From Candidatus Pacearchaeota archaeon (lineage in GTDB: Archaea > Nanobdellota > Nanobdellia > Pacearchaeales > DTIR01), in contig JACRHU010000047.1 in the NCBI GenBank assembly GCA_016211995.1, positions 1-33,431 on the forward strand: a stretch of 33,431 bases of DNA. The letters run 5' to 3'. The translations under genes and the position numbers were made by a program. The notes below the pieces were generated by a model. It saw only the letters and a list, made by a program, of their open reading frames with translations, was not told the origin of the DNA and searched no databases. Shown here one piece after another: positions 18,277 through 27,137 of the stretch (its first letter is position 1; every line of letters begins with the position of its first letter).

Positions 18277-18711
18277 ATGAGAAAAAATAAAAAAGCATGG
18301 ATCAGAATTGCAGAGGCTGTCTCTGCAATTTTACTTCTGACTAGCATTTTACTAATAATCTCACTGAGGGCAACAGAGAAAGAAGATATCTCTTCAAACA
18401 TGTACACTATTCAGAGGGCAATACTTGATGAGGTTTCGAGTAATGGAAATATGAGGTCAGTTATTTTATCGATAGACCCAGAAGATCCTTATAAAGATGA
18501 TTTTAAAGATGAGAACATCCAGATAAAAGATTTTCTCAAAAAAAGAGTACCACTTGGATTAAGTTTTAACTATACTGTCTGTAAGCCTTTAGAGAGCTGC
18601 TTTAATCCAACAGTTCCCAGAAATAAAGATGTTTATGTTGATGATGCTATAATAAGCACAGTCCCTACAGAATACTCCAGAAAATTTATATTTTATGTTT
18701 GGATTGATTAA
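18277..18711 (+). CDS. Pilin-like protein
   Basis: KNKKA/WIRIAEAVSAILLL basic leader plus hydrophobic helix. Confidence 0.75.
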   Translation: MRKNKKAWIRIAEAVSAILLLTSILLIISLRATEKEDISSNMYTIQRAILDEVSSNGNMRSVILSIDPEDPYKDDFKDENIQIKDFLKKRVPLGLSFNYTVCKPLESCFNPTVPRNKDVYVDDAIISTVPTEYSRKFIFYVWID

Positions 18712-18756
18712 TGTCTTTAACATTGAATTTATAAAACCTAATTTCTTATTGTGCTT

Positions 18757-19170
18757 ATGAAATATAAATATCTTAAACATACAGCTGATATTAAATTCCA
18801 GGCTTTTGGCAAAACTCTTGCAGAATGCTTTGAAAATTCTAGCCTTGCCATGTTTAATGCTATGTATCAAGGAAATGTAAAAAGAAAAATCAAGAAAAAG
18901 ATAAAAGTTAAAGGTAGGGATTTAGAAAGTCTTTTATATAACTTTTTAGAAGAGCTTTTATTTCTGCTTGACTCAGAGAATTTTTTTCTTAGTAGAATTA
19001 AAGTATATATTAATGAAAAAAATTTATCTCTCAGCGCAGAGCTTGAAGGGGATGAAGCAAAGAATTATGCAATCTCTCTAGATGTAAAGGCAGTAACGTA
19101 TAATGAAATGTTTGTAAAACATCAAAGAGCAAAGAATAAATATATATGCCAGGTTGTGTTGGATGTGTAA
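18757..19170 (+). CDS. Archease
   Basis: YLKHTADI and DVKAVTYNEM..VVLDV motifs; upstream of rtcB. Confidence 0.95.
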   Translation: MKYKYLKHTADIKFQAFGKTLAECFENSSLAMFNAMYQGNVKRKIKKKIKVKGRDLESLLYNFLEELLFLLDSENFFLSRIKVYINEKNLSLSAELEGDEAKNYAISLDVKAVTYNEMFVKHQRAKNKYICQVVLDV

Positions 19171-19172
19171 AA

Positions 19173-19574
19173 ATGAAACTAAAAAAAAGAAAATTATTTA
19201 TTATTATTTTTATAATCTTATTTTTATTGGGATTATTCGTAAACTTTTATTTTTGCAGATGTGATTTGGCTTTAGGGACCCCAGTTCTGAGGGATGATTG
19301 CAGTTTCTCTATTACTAATTTTTTTTCTTCTGTGTATAATATCTTATTTTTTCCCTCTAGCAAATATCTGACTTATTTAAGCATCATTCAATTTCCAGAA
19401 GGCAGCTGGTTTTTTGGGCATCTAGAGGTTTGTGAAGGATTTGATTATATTGGACCAAAGTATTTTCCTGTTTTATTCTGGCTTGTCACAATACTATATT
19501 GGTTCTTAATTTCTTATATCCTATCATTTATATACTTAAAATTAATTAAGCTTTTTAGAAATAAACTGAAATAA
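19173..19574 (+). CDS. Hypothetical membrane protein
   Basis: Basic N-terminus, N- and C-terminal TM helices, Cys-containing loop; start reassigned to 19173 to avoid overlap. Confidence 0.65.
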   Translation: MKLKKRKLFIIIFIILFLLGLFVNFYFCRCDLALGTPVLRDDCSFSITNFFSSVYNILFFPSSKYLTYLSIIQFPEGSWFFGHLEVCEGFDYIGPKYFPVLFWLVTILYWFLISYILSFIYLKLIKLFRNKLK

Positions 19575-19597
19575 AAATATCAAAGAATACATATAAA

Positions 19598-22240
19598 ATG
19601 GTAGAAATAAAAAAAATTTCAAAATATGAATGGTTGATTCCAAAAGAAGGAGCAATGAATGTTCCTGTTGTAATTTTTGCAAGCGAGAAGCTTCTTGAAA
19701 AAATGAAGGAAGATATAACTTTACAGCAAGCTATGAATGTTGCCCAACTTCCAGGAATTGTTGAAAAAAGTATTGTGCTTCCTGACGCCCACCAAGGATA
19801 TGGAATGAGTATTGGGGGAGTTGCTGCCTTTGATTTAAATTCTGGAGTAATCAGCCCCGGTTGTGTAGGTTATGATATCGACTGCTCGGTCAGGCTTTTA
19901 TCTACAAATCTAAACAATAAAGATATTAAAGGTAAAGAGGAGCAAATTTCTTCTCAATTATTTAGGGATGTTCCTTCAGGGGTAGGTGAAAAAGGAAGAA
20001 TTAGGCTTACAAAAGAAGAGTTAGATGAAGTTCTAAAAAATGGGGCTCAATGGGCTGTGAAAAAAGGTTACGGAGAAAAAGAAGATTATGTGCATACTGA
20101 AGAAGAAGGAAAAATGAAAGAGGCAAATCCTGAATATGTTAGTGAAAGGGCCAAAATAAGAGGCATGCCACAATTAGGAAGTTTAGGGGCTGGAAATCAC
20201 TTCTTAGAAGTTCAGGAAGTGGATGAGATTTATGACAAGGAAATAGCCAGGAAATTTGGGATTAAAGAGAAAGGACAAGTAACAATTATGATTCATTGTG
20301 GGAGCAGGGGATTAGGACATCAAGTAGCTTCTGATTACATAAAATTAATGGAAGATGAATATGGTTTTGAAAATTTGCCAGACAGAGAATTAATTAATGC
20401 TCCTATTTCAAGCGAGTTAGGAAAGAAATATTTTGGGGCTATGGCTGCTGCAGTTAATTTTGCATTTGCAAATAAACAGCTTATAACTCATTGGGTACGA
20501 GAAGCTATGAAAAGAATTTTCCCTAATTTTAAGGCAGAGGTTATATATGAAGTTTGCCATAACATAGCAAAGTTTGAAACACATAACATAAATGGAGAAG
20601 AAAAGAAAGTTCTTATAATGAGAAAGGGAGCTACTAGGTCTTTTGGTCCAGGAAGAAAAGAACTGCCAAAGGATTATATAGATATTGGGCAACCAGTATT
20701 GATACCTGGAAGCATGGGAACATCAAGCTACATTTTAGTAGGAACGAAAAAAGCAGAAGAATTAACTTTTGGGAGCACGTGTTTTACTGGTGATACTAAA
20801 ATAATAACAGATAAAGGAATAATAACCTTAAAAGAAATTAATGAAAGATTTCAAAATGGAGAAAAATTTCTTGCTCTATCAATAAATGAGTCTAATTTAG
20901 AATTAGAATGGAAACCTATAATGAATACATTCAAAAGAAAATCAGATGTCGTAGAAATTTCTATTTCTCAGACAAACCGTTCAAACTTAAGCAAACTAAG
21001 AACTACAAGAGACCATAATTTCTTGACATTAAAAAATTTTAATTTGATTGGTGAGGAAATTGAAAAAATTATTTCAAAAGAAAAAATGTTGATTGCAGTT
21101 GATTCTTTAAAAAGTGATATTCAAAAGAGTATAAATCCCAATTTAGCATATCTTGTTGGAGCTTTAGTTACAGATGGGTATGTTTATTTGGATAAGAGAA
21201 GAGGAAAGATAACATTTACCCAAAAGAAAGTCGCCAAAAAACTCGATTTTATTTATCACGTACAAAATTGTTTTAGAGAGTGTTTTAATACAGAATTGAG
21301 AGAGTATAAAACAAAATTTGGGGGGGGAACTATAAGAGGCAGGCAAATTTATGGGGAGGGAACAGATTTTATTTGTTGCCAGAAAAATCCAGCAATTGAA
21401 ATTTTAAATATAACTTCTAATCTTCCTAAGTGGGTTATGGAGCTTGATAAAGAAGCAAATTTTAACTTTTTAGCTGGAATTATTGACGGTGATGGTGCTT
21501 GGAATCCTAATAGACAAGTTTTAGATATCTTTACAGGGGATGAAAATGTTGCTGAAGCAATACTTCTATCATGTTTGAAAATGGGGATTTTACCATACAT
21601 CTCAAAACAAAGGGGCTCTTGTTTTGTAATTCAAATATCAGAAAAAGAAGATTTAATTTTTGGGTATACAAAGAGAGTTAAAGGAATTTTTAGAAAAAGG
21701 AAATACGGACAAAAATTATTTTCTGCAAAACAAATGTTTGAGGGTGTTGAAGTTAGATGGCCATTTTTACATAAAGCAATAAGAAATAATTTGATAAGTT
21801 ATGAGCAAATTCTAAAACATATTCATAAATATCCTGAAATTAAAAAAGAAGTTAAAAAGCTAATAGAGTCCCCTATTAGAATGTTAAGAGTTAAAAAATT
21901 AAAAGATGTTGGTATTAGTGAATTGTATAATATTGAGGTAGCAGACAATCATAATTATGTTGTTCTTACTGATATGTTTATGCCTATTTTTGTTAAAAAT
22001 TGTCATGGAGCAGGTAGAGTTATGAGTAGACATGAAGCCTTAAGACATCAAAGGGGGGAAGAAGTAAAATCTAATCTAAAAAAACTGGGAATAGAAGTAA
22101 AGTCTGGAAGCTGGAAAGGATTGGCAGAAGAGGCTCCTGAATCATATAAAGACATTGAAGAGGTAGTAAAAACAAGTCATGAGCTGGGTATAGGCCGATT
22201 AGTAGCAAAGGTTAAGCCATTAATTGTCATTAAGGGCTAG
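19598..22240 (+). CDS. rtcB: RNA-splicing ligase RtcB, intein-containing
   Basis: PDAHQGYG, VGYDIDC, GNHFLE, HCGSRG, HNIAK, RKGAT, PGSMG, FGST|CHGAGR, EEAPESYK; 473-aa extein. Confidence 0.97.
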   Translation: MVEIKKISKYEWLIPKEGAMNVPVVIFASEKLLEKMKEDITLQQAMNVAQLPGIVEKSIVLPDAHQGYGMSIGGVAAFDLNSGVISPGCVGYDIDCSVRLLSTNLNNKDIKGKEEQISSQLFRDVPSGVGEKGRIRLTKEELDEVLKNGAQWAVKKGYGEKEDYVHTEEEGKMKEANPEYVSERAKIRGMPQLGSLGAGNHFLEVQEVDEIYDKEIARKFGIKEKGQVTIMIHCGSRGLGHQVASDYIKLMEDEYGFENLPDRELINAPISSELGKKYFGAMAAAVNFAFANKQLITHWVREAMKRIFPNFKAEVIYEVCHNIAKFETHNINGEEKKVLIMRKGATRSFGPGRKELPKDYIDIGQPVLIPGSMGTSSYILVGTKKAEELTFGSTCFTGDTKIITDKGIITLKEINERFQNGEKFLALSINESNLELEWKPIMNTFKRKSDVVEISISQTNRSNLSKLRTTRDHNFLTLKNFNLIGEEIEKIISKEKMLIAVDSLKSDIQKSINPNLAYLVGALVTDGYVYLDKRRGKITFTQKKVAKKLDFIYHVQNCFRECFNTELREYKTKFGGGTIRGRQIYGEGTDFICCQKNPAIEILNITSNLPKWVMELDKEANFNFLAGIIDGDGAWNPNRQVLDIFTGDENVAEAILLSCLKMGILPYISKQRGSCFVIQISEKEDLIFGYTKRVKGIFRKRKYGQKLFSAKQMFEGVEVRWPFLHKAIRNNLISYEQILKHIHKYPEIKKEVKKLIESPIRMLRVKKLKDVGISELYNIEVADNHNYVVLTDMFMPIFVKNCHGAGRVMSRHEALRHQRGEEVKSNLKKLGIEVKSGSWKGLAEEAPESYKDIEEVVKTSHELGIGRLVAKVKPLIVIKG
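20780..22000 (+). mobile_element. Intein (407 aa) with LAGLIDADG homing endonuclease
   Basis: Starts CFTGDT; block B TTRDH; YLVGALVTDG and FLAGIIDGDG; block F LYNIEVADNHNY; ends VKN, +1 Cys. Confidence 0.94.
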
Positions 22241-22273
22241 ATTAAAAATAGTAGCTGTTATGAAAGGTTAAAA

Positions 22274-22966
22274 TCAGGGAGATATACAATCATTATCTAT
22301 AACTCCATCACAATCATTATCAAGGCCATCACATATTTCATCAACAGGGCCAATATCTCCTTCACATTCACTCCATGTTCCATTAACACAAGGACTATCC
22401 CCAAACTCACATTCACCAATGTCACTTCCACAATTTTGTATTTCTCCATCAATACAATTGCATCCTTCATCTGCAATGCCGTTACAATCATTATCTTCTC
22501 CATCGCAAATCTCTAGAGAAGGAATACATTCTTCAGTTATATTTTCTACAATTTCTTCAGATTGATTCTCACTTTCTTCTGGATAATTTATCTCTGGAGG
22601 GGTGGGAGCATAAACAGGGCTATATCTAGGTGCAATCTCTATTAATTCTTCATAATAAGAAGTTGTTATATTGATAGTCTTTTTTCTATCAACCAGTATT
22701 TCGAGAGTGTAATTTTCAGTTTTTCCTGGCAGAAGGGGAATCTTACCTTCGTATCTTATCTTCTTTCCATTCATATCTCTGAAATTTATTTCATTTAATG
22801 GAAGAATTCCTATATTTTTTATTATAATAACATTACCATCTGTAAAAACTACCTCAAATTTTTGTGCATCACCATATTTCAAAAATAAAGATAATCCAAC
22901 AGATAAAATAACAAGAGCTGCAACAAGTACAAAATAGATTAACGGCAATGCCCCCTTTTTATTCAT
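22274..22966 (-). CDS. Pilin-like surface protein with C-terminal MopE-type Cys/Asp repeats
   Basis: Start reassigned to MNKKG/ALPLIYFVLV; EICDGEDNDCNGIADEGC and EICDGLDNDCDGVID repeats. Confidence 0.8.
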   Translation of the reverse strand: MNKKGALPLIYFVLVAALVILSVGLSLFLKYGDAQKFEVVFTDGNVIIIKNIGILPLNEINFRDMNGKKIRYEGKIPLLPGKTENYTLEILVDRKKTINITTSYYEELIEIAPRYSPVYAPTPPEINYPEESENQSEEIVENITEECIPSLEICDGEDNDCNGIADEGCNCIDGEIQNCGSDIGECEFGDSPCVNGTWSECEGDIGPVDEICDGLDNDCDGVIDNDCISP

Positions 22967-23085
22967 AACTAGAATAATCCAATATCGTATAAAAACCTTA
23001 TCTTTCTCGAGAATAAAAAACTTTATAAACATCTTATTCCTAATTCTAGACATAATAAAAACATAAAAATAAAGGAGGAAAAAAG

Positions 23086-23262
23086 ATGGTTGGTATTTCA
23101 ACTGGTGCTTGGCTTTGGGCTCTAATATCTTCATTATTTGTGCCAATATTTATGCTAGTAACCGGAACAGTTATCTTCAAAAAAGTTTCAAAAACAGCAG
23201 GTATTGTTTTATTACTTTTAGGATTAATCCAAGTAATAGGGGTAATTAGCACATTTATTTAG
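23086..23262 (+). CDS. Small two-TM membrane protein (58 aa), not in ORF track
   Basis: GGAGG RBS; MVGISTGAWLWALISSLFVPIFMLVTGTVIFKKVSKTAGIVLLLLGLIQVIGVISTFI. Confidence 0.7.
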   Translation: MVGISTGAWLWALISSLFVPIFMLVTGTVIFKKVSKTAGIVLLLLGLIQVIGVISTFI

Positions 23263-23294
23263 TCTAAACATAGAATAAATCTATCAAAAAGAAG

Positions 23295-26200
23295 ATGGTT
23301 TCAAAAAAGGCAATAACTTTTATATTTTTAAGTTCTCTAATTATTTCTTCAGTCTTTTTAATTTTAATTTCGCAAAATATTGCCAAAGCAGTTTTGCCAA
23401 CCACAGAGCCAGGAGAAAGTTTTTCATTTACTATAGCTGCAGATGAAAGCTGGGATGATCCGAGGACTACACCTGCAGGGCAGCCATTTAATTTGACTTT
23501 ATTTACTATTGATACTCCGCACAATAGAGATGGGATTTCTAGCACAACTAACCCAGGATATCCTGGAATCTTTGCATATACTTATAATGAAGGTATCTTT
23601 TTTAATAATAAATCTCAGATGACTATAATCCCTTCAGCTTGGGGGTATAATACGAATACTCATGGAATCTATGATTTAGTCTATGGAGCATCATCGGGAT
23701 GGTATCCTGATACAAGAAGGTCTTGCACCACATCTGCACCATGCACTTTAGATTATCTTAATCCTTATCCAGACAGCAAACATATAATTGAGATGAATGT
23801 TTCATGCATTAATAGAGGATTTACTTTAAGAATAGGCTCTACTAACTTTGAAGGAAGATGTCCCTATACTACAAATCTTTCTATAATTTCTAATATTAAT
23901 AATATTACGCAAATGAGGGGATTAGATTCATCTACAGGTGCTTATCAAAATACAGCATTCTTTTTTATTAATGTTACATATAGAATGAATCATACACAGC
24001 CAATAGTATCTGATATACAAAATGGAGAGGTTAGTTTGAGTGATGGCAAAAAATCTTTAGGTAGTGTTAGCAGTTTTCTTGCCTCAAAATTAACTCATGG
24101 TGGAAATGTTATAAATCCTTCTGTGAGTTCTAGTGATGAATTTGTTAAATTGACTATTGAAAATGTTGCAGGAACTCCAACAGTTTTTGCATGTCTTGAT
24201 GGAGACAGGAACACAGTTTGCGACAAAGATGAACAATGCCCAAGTGCAGAATACATAAATATTGATGATGCAAGAAATGTGCCTGAAACGGATTATTCAA
24301 GCCCTTTATATAGAAAACAAGTATTTTTTGATATATGCAAAGATACAGATAGTGCCCATCCAGAAAGAAATGGATATTTTAATGAGTCATGGCAACTTTT
24401 TGCTAAAAATGTAACTCAAGGTTGTGTTATAACCTCAAATAGATTTTTATATTATTGCCCAGGACCTTTATTAACAAGGGCAGTAGTAGCAATTTTTCTG
24501 CATAACGCATATGATTTTAAATCTCTTCCTAATAAATTTGGAAGCGATTATTTTGATGATATCTTAGCTTCTGGAATAAGTAATACAATGAATAGAAGTA
24601 TTGGTTTTATATGGGAAAAAAAGGTTACATTAGGATGCTGTGCTGGAGCAGAATGCTCAGGTGGAACTGGTACTCTTTTTTATTGCCCTAATAATTATTT
24701 AACAAGAGTAGAGTTAGCTGTATTTATTGTAAGAACTGCTAATTCAACTGATTCTCATAGAAGTGACTCTGTTTGCTCAAACAGGGTTGTATGTTTTAAT
24801 GACATACCTTCATCAATTCAATTTACAGACATGACTCTTAATGGTGATCCAAGTTGTGGTACTGGCAGCCCTCCAAAAGTATGTTATGACCCTGAATTTA
24901 TTAATTCAACGAGATGGATTAAATGGAAAGGTATAACTACAGGTTGTACAGCAACTACTTTCTGTCCAACTGTACAAGCTAGCAGGGGAATGGTTGCTAA
25001 AATGTTAGGCAGTGGGCTTCAATATATAAATATCCAACAGGTTATTCCGAGTCAGGGTGACTTAATCTGGGCAGATATGCACATTCCTCCAATATATGGG
25101 ATAATTTCAGCAGAAAGAAATGATTCTGTGCAACTTATTTGGAAGAATATGGATCCAACATTTGAAAACAATAAAATTAAATTCACTATCAATGATTTTG
25201 ACACAAGCACTTCTAATCCTGACTGTACTACATCATGGGGAGATAAAATATTTTATACTACTGCAACAAAACTGCCAGATAATACTGTTCAGGCAAATAT
25301 CACCTGGAGAGCAAGAACTTGTTTTAACCCGACTGAAAGAAATCCAACCAACTTAAATTTCAGTGTACAAAGAGTAGACTCTTCTTTACAACCTATTTCT
25401 TCTAGCATTGATTCATCATCAATCACAATAAACTCGCCAGATAATGATGCTAGCCCAACAGCAGTAATAAAGGTCCCAAAATATAACTTTCCTTTGACAA
25501 TATATGGGCCAACAAATTTGGATGGAAATATTTTTAATATAGAGCCTCCGCAGACATCAGTTTCTGTCGGTTTCCAGTCAGATTCACAGGATGCTGATGA
25601 TTATTTAATCGAGCAGTGGAAAATATGGAATGACTCAACAGCTGATAACCCAATCACAGGAACAGGAAGGCAATTTTCAAGCACATTTTCAAAATACGTG
25701 AGCGGGCAATATTGGGTTAATTTAACTGTAACAGAAGATGGAGCATCATACAACAGAAACAAAAAAGCAAGCGCACTTTCATTATTTTATGTAAATCAGA
25801 CCAATGCAAATGATCCTCCATTTACTTGGATAAGCAATCCAAAAGAAGGAGAAGAATTTGAAGCTAATCCAATATGGTTTAATGCAACTTATAGCTGGGA
25901 TGATGAAACTCCATTCATTAATCTAAATTTCTCATGGCTATTTGATGATGGTGTTAAGTATTCTGCAAAAGGATTTGTAGGAGCAAACCTCTCAAAGAAT
26001 TTCTCATCACCAGGGCCGCACTGGGCAAAGTTAAAAGTAATAGATAATAATCCAATTCCATTGTCTTCTAAAGCTAGTGTTAATTTTTTAATTAAAGGTT
26101 GCAAGTTAGGCGATATTTATGAGTTTAAGAATTCTTGCTTCTCTGATAGGATTCACTATTGCACCTCAACTCTTGAGATTAAGAACACAATGAATGATTT

Positions 26201-26837
26201 AGGTGCTTGTAAAGGTGCAGATAATACATATAACACAGCAGATGATTGTTGCCCTAGAGACTATAAATGTGATCCTGATCCAACAATCAATAAATGTATT
26301 CCACGAACAACAGAGTGCAGTGGCTGGACAGATGAAGCTACTTGTATAGCTAATGGCTGTTTCTGGAAAGATGGCATCTGCCAGCCTAGTTCAGTTATGT
26401 TATCATGCTCTGATTATTTAACTCAAGAGTTATGTGAGACAGATCCTTTAACACTTGGAAAAGAAGGAGGAGTTGGTTTAGGAACAGAAATCTGTGGAAC
26501 AACACAAGGAAATTATATTATAACTAGCTGTGCATGCAAGTGGGTAAACAATTTATGCCAATTGAATTATCTTTTACAAAAGGCAATTAATCCATATGAG
26601 CCACCAACAGCGGTATGTGACAAATATTTTTCATTGACTCCTTGTGTAGATGGAAAAAGAATAGAGAGCTGGATTGCTACAAGAGACCCAACAGCTTCAG
26701 AAGACCCATTATGTTCTGATGGATCCAAAGAGATTACTTGTGGATTTGCTTCATCAAAACTTCCTTTCTTTGGAACAATTAGCTTCATAATTGCTGTTGC
26801 ATTAATAGTTCTGTATTATTCTTTGAGAAGAAGATAA
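23295..26837 (+). CDS. Large membrane-anchored surface protein with three SLH-like modules, PKD-like domains and a Cys-rich region
   Basis: Signal peptide; VTQGC..YCP..LTRAVVAIFL, VTLGC..YCPNNYLTRVELAVFI, GITTGC..FCP..SRGMVA; FSWLFDDG..PGPHWAKLKV; C-terminal TM plus RRR. Confidence 0.85.
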   Translation: MVSKKAITFIFLSSLIISSVFLILISQNIAKAVLPTTEPGESFSFTIAADESWDDPRTTPAGQPFNLTLFTIDTPHNRDGISSTTNPGYPGIFAYTYNEGIFFNNKSQMTIIPSAWGYNTNTHGIYDLVYGASSGWYPDTRRSCTTSAPCTLDYLNPYPDSKHIIEMNVSCINRGFTLRIGSTNFEGRCPYTTNLSIISNINNITQMRGLDSSTGAYQNTAFFFINVTYRMNHTQPIVSDIQNGEVSLSDGKKSLGSVSSFLASKLTHGGNVINPSVSSSDEFVKLTIENVAGTPTVFACLDGDRNTVCDKDEQCPSAEYINIDDARNVPETDYSSPLYRKQVFFDICKDTDSAHPERNGYFNESWQLFAKNVTQGCVITSNRFLYYCPGPLLTRAVVAIFLHNAYDFKSLPNKFGSDYFDDILASGISNTMNRSIGFIWEKKVTLGCCAGAECSGGTGTLFYCPNNYLTRVELAVFIVRTANSTDSHRSDSVCSNRVVCFNDIPSSIQFTDMTLNGDPSCGTGSPPKVCYDPEFINSTRWIKWKGITTGCTATTFCPTVQASRGMVAKMLGSGLQYINIQQVIPSQGDLIWADMHIPPIYGIISAERNDSVQLIWKNMDPTFENNKIKFTINDFDTSTSNPDCTTSWGDKIFYTTATKLPDNTVQANITWRARTCFNPTERNPTNLNFSVQRVDSSLQPISSSIDSSSITINSPDNDASPTAVIKVPKYNFPLTIYGPTNLDGNIFNIEPPQTSVSVGFQSDSQDADDYLIEQWKIWNDSTADNPITGTGRQFSSTFSKYVSGQYWVNLTVTEDGASYNRNKKASALSLFYVNQTNANDPPFTWISNPKEGEEFEANPIWFNATYSWDDETPFINLNFSWLFDDGVKYSAKGFVGANLSKNFSSPGPHWAKLKVIDNNPIPLSSKASVNFLIKGCKLGDIYEFKNSCFSDRIHYCTSTLEIKNTMNDLGACKGADNTYNTADDCCPRDYKCDPDPTINKCIPRTTECSGWTDEATCIANGCFWKDGICQPSSVMLSCSDYLTQELCETDPLTLGKEGGVGLGTEICGTTQGNYIITSCACKWVNNLCQLNYLLQKAINPYEPPTAVCDKYFSLTPCVDGKRIESWIATRDPTASEDPLCSDGSKEITCGFASSKLPFFGTISFIIAVALIVLYYSLRRR

Positions 26838-26878
26838 TAGTAGTTCTATATTATTCTTTAAGGCAAAGAAGAAAATAA
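26802..26878 (+). repeat. Degenerate tandem copy of gene 3' end
   Basis: Gene ends LIVLYYSLRRR*; 26837-26878 reads IVVLYYSLRQRRK* with three synonymous differences. Confidence 0.8.
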
Positions 26879-27137
26879 TACTTGGTGAAAATTCTAAATT
26901 ATGATAAGGCGAGTAGAACAAATAGATATTTTTATTAAGTATTAGCTTAAGTGATGGAATTTAGGTGATAGAGAAAATCAGGAAAGAGAAAGAAGATAAA
27001 TCAAGATAGGAGATCAGGATAGGAAGGAGAGATATTCTATCTACCTGTTATTTTTAATTTTCATTTTTATCCTGTTTTTTCCTCGAAATCTTTATAAATA
27101 TCATTTTTGTATTACTATAAAGATAAAAGGGGTTTGA

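Noticed and set aside
22967-23146. N-terminal 60 aa of the 290-aa ORF
   Set aside because: Overlaps divergent promoters and the 58-aa plus-strand gene; a leader-type start exists at 22966
8934-26878. Diversity-generating retroelement template/variable repeats as the explanation for the echoes
   Set aside because: No reverse transcriptase in the window, units are short and adjacent, and mismatches are not restricted to adenines
26880-27080. Structured ncRNA in the purine-rich spacer
   Set aside because: Only short ATCA(G/A)GATAGG-like repeats and weak pairing; insufficient support
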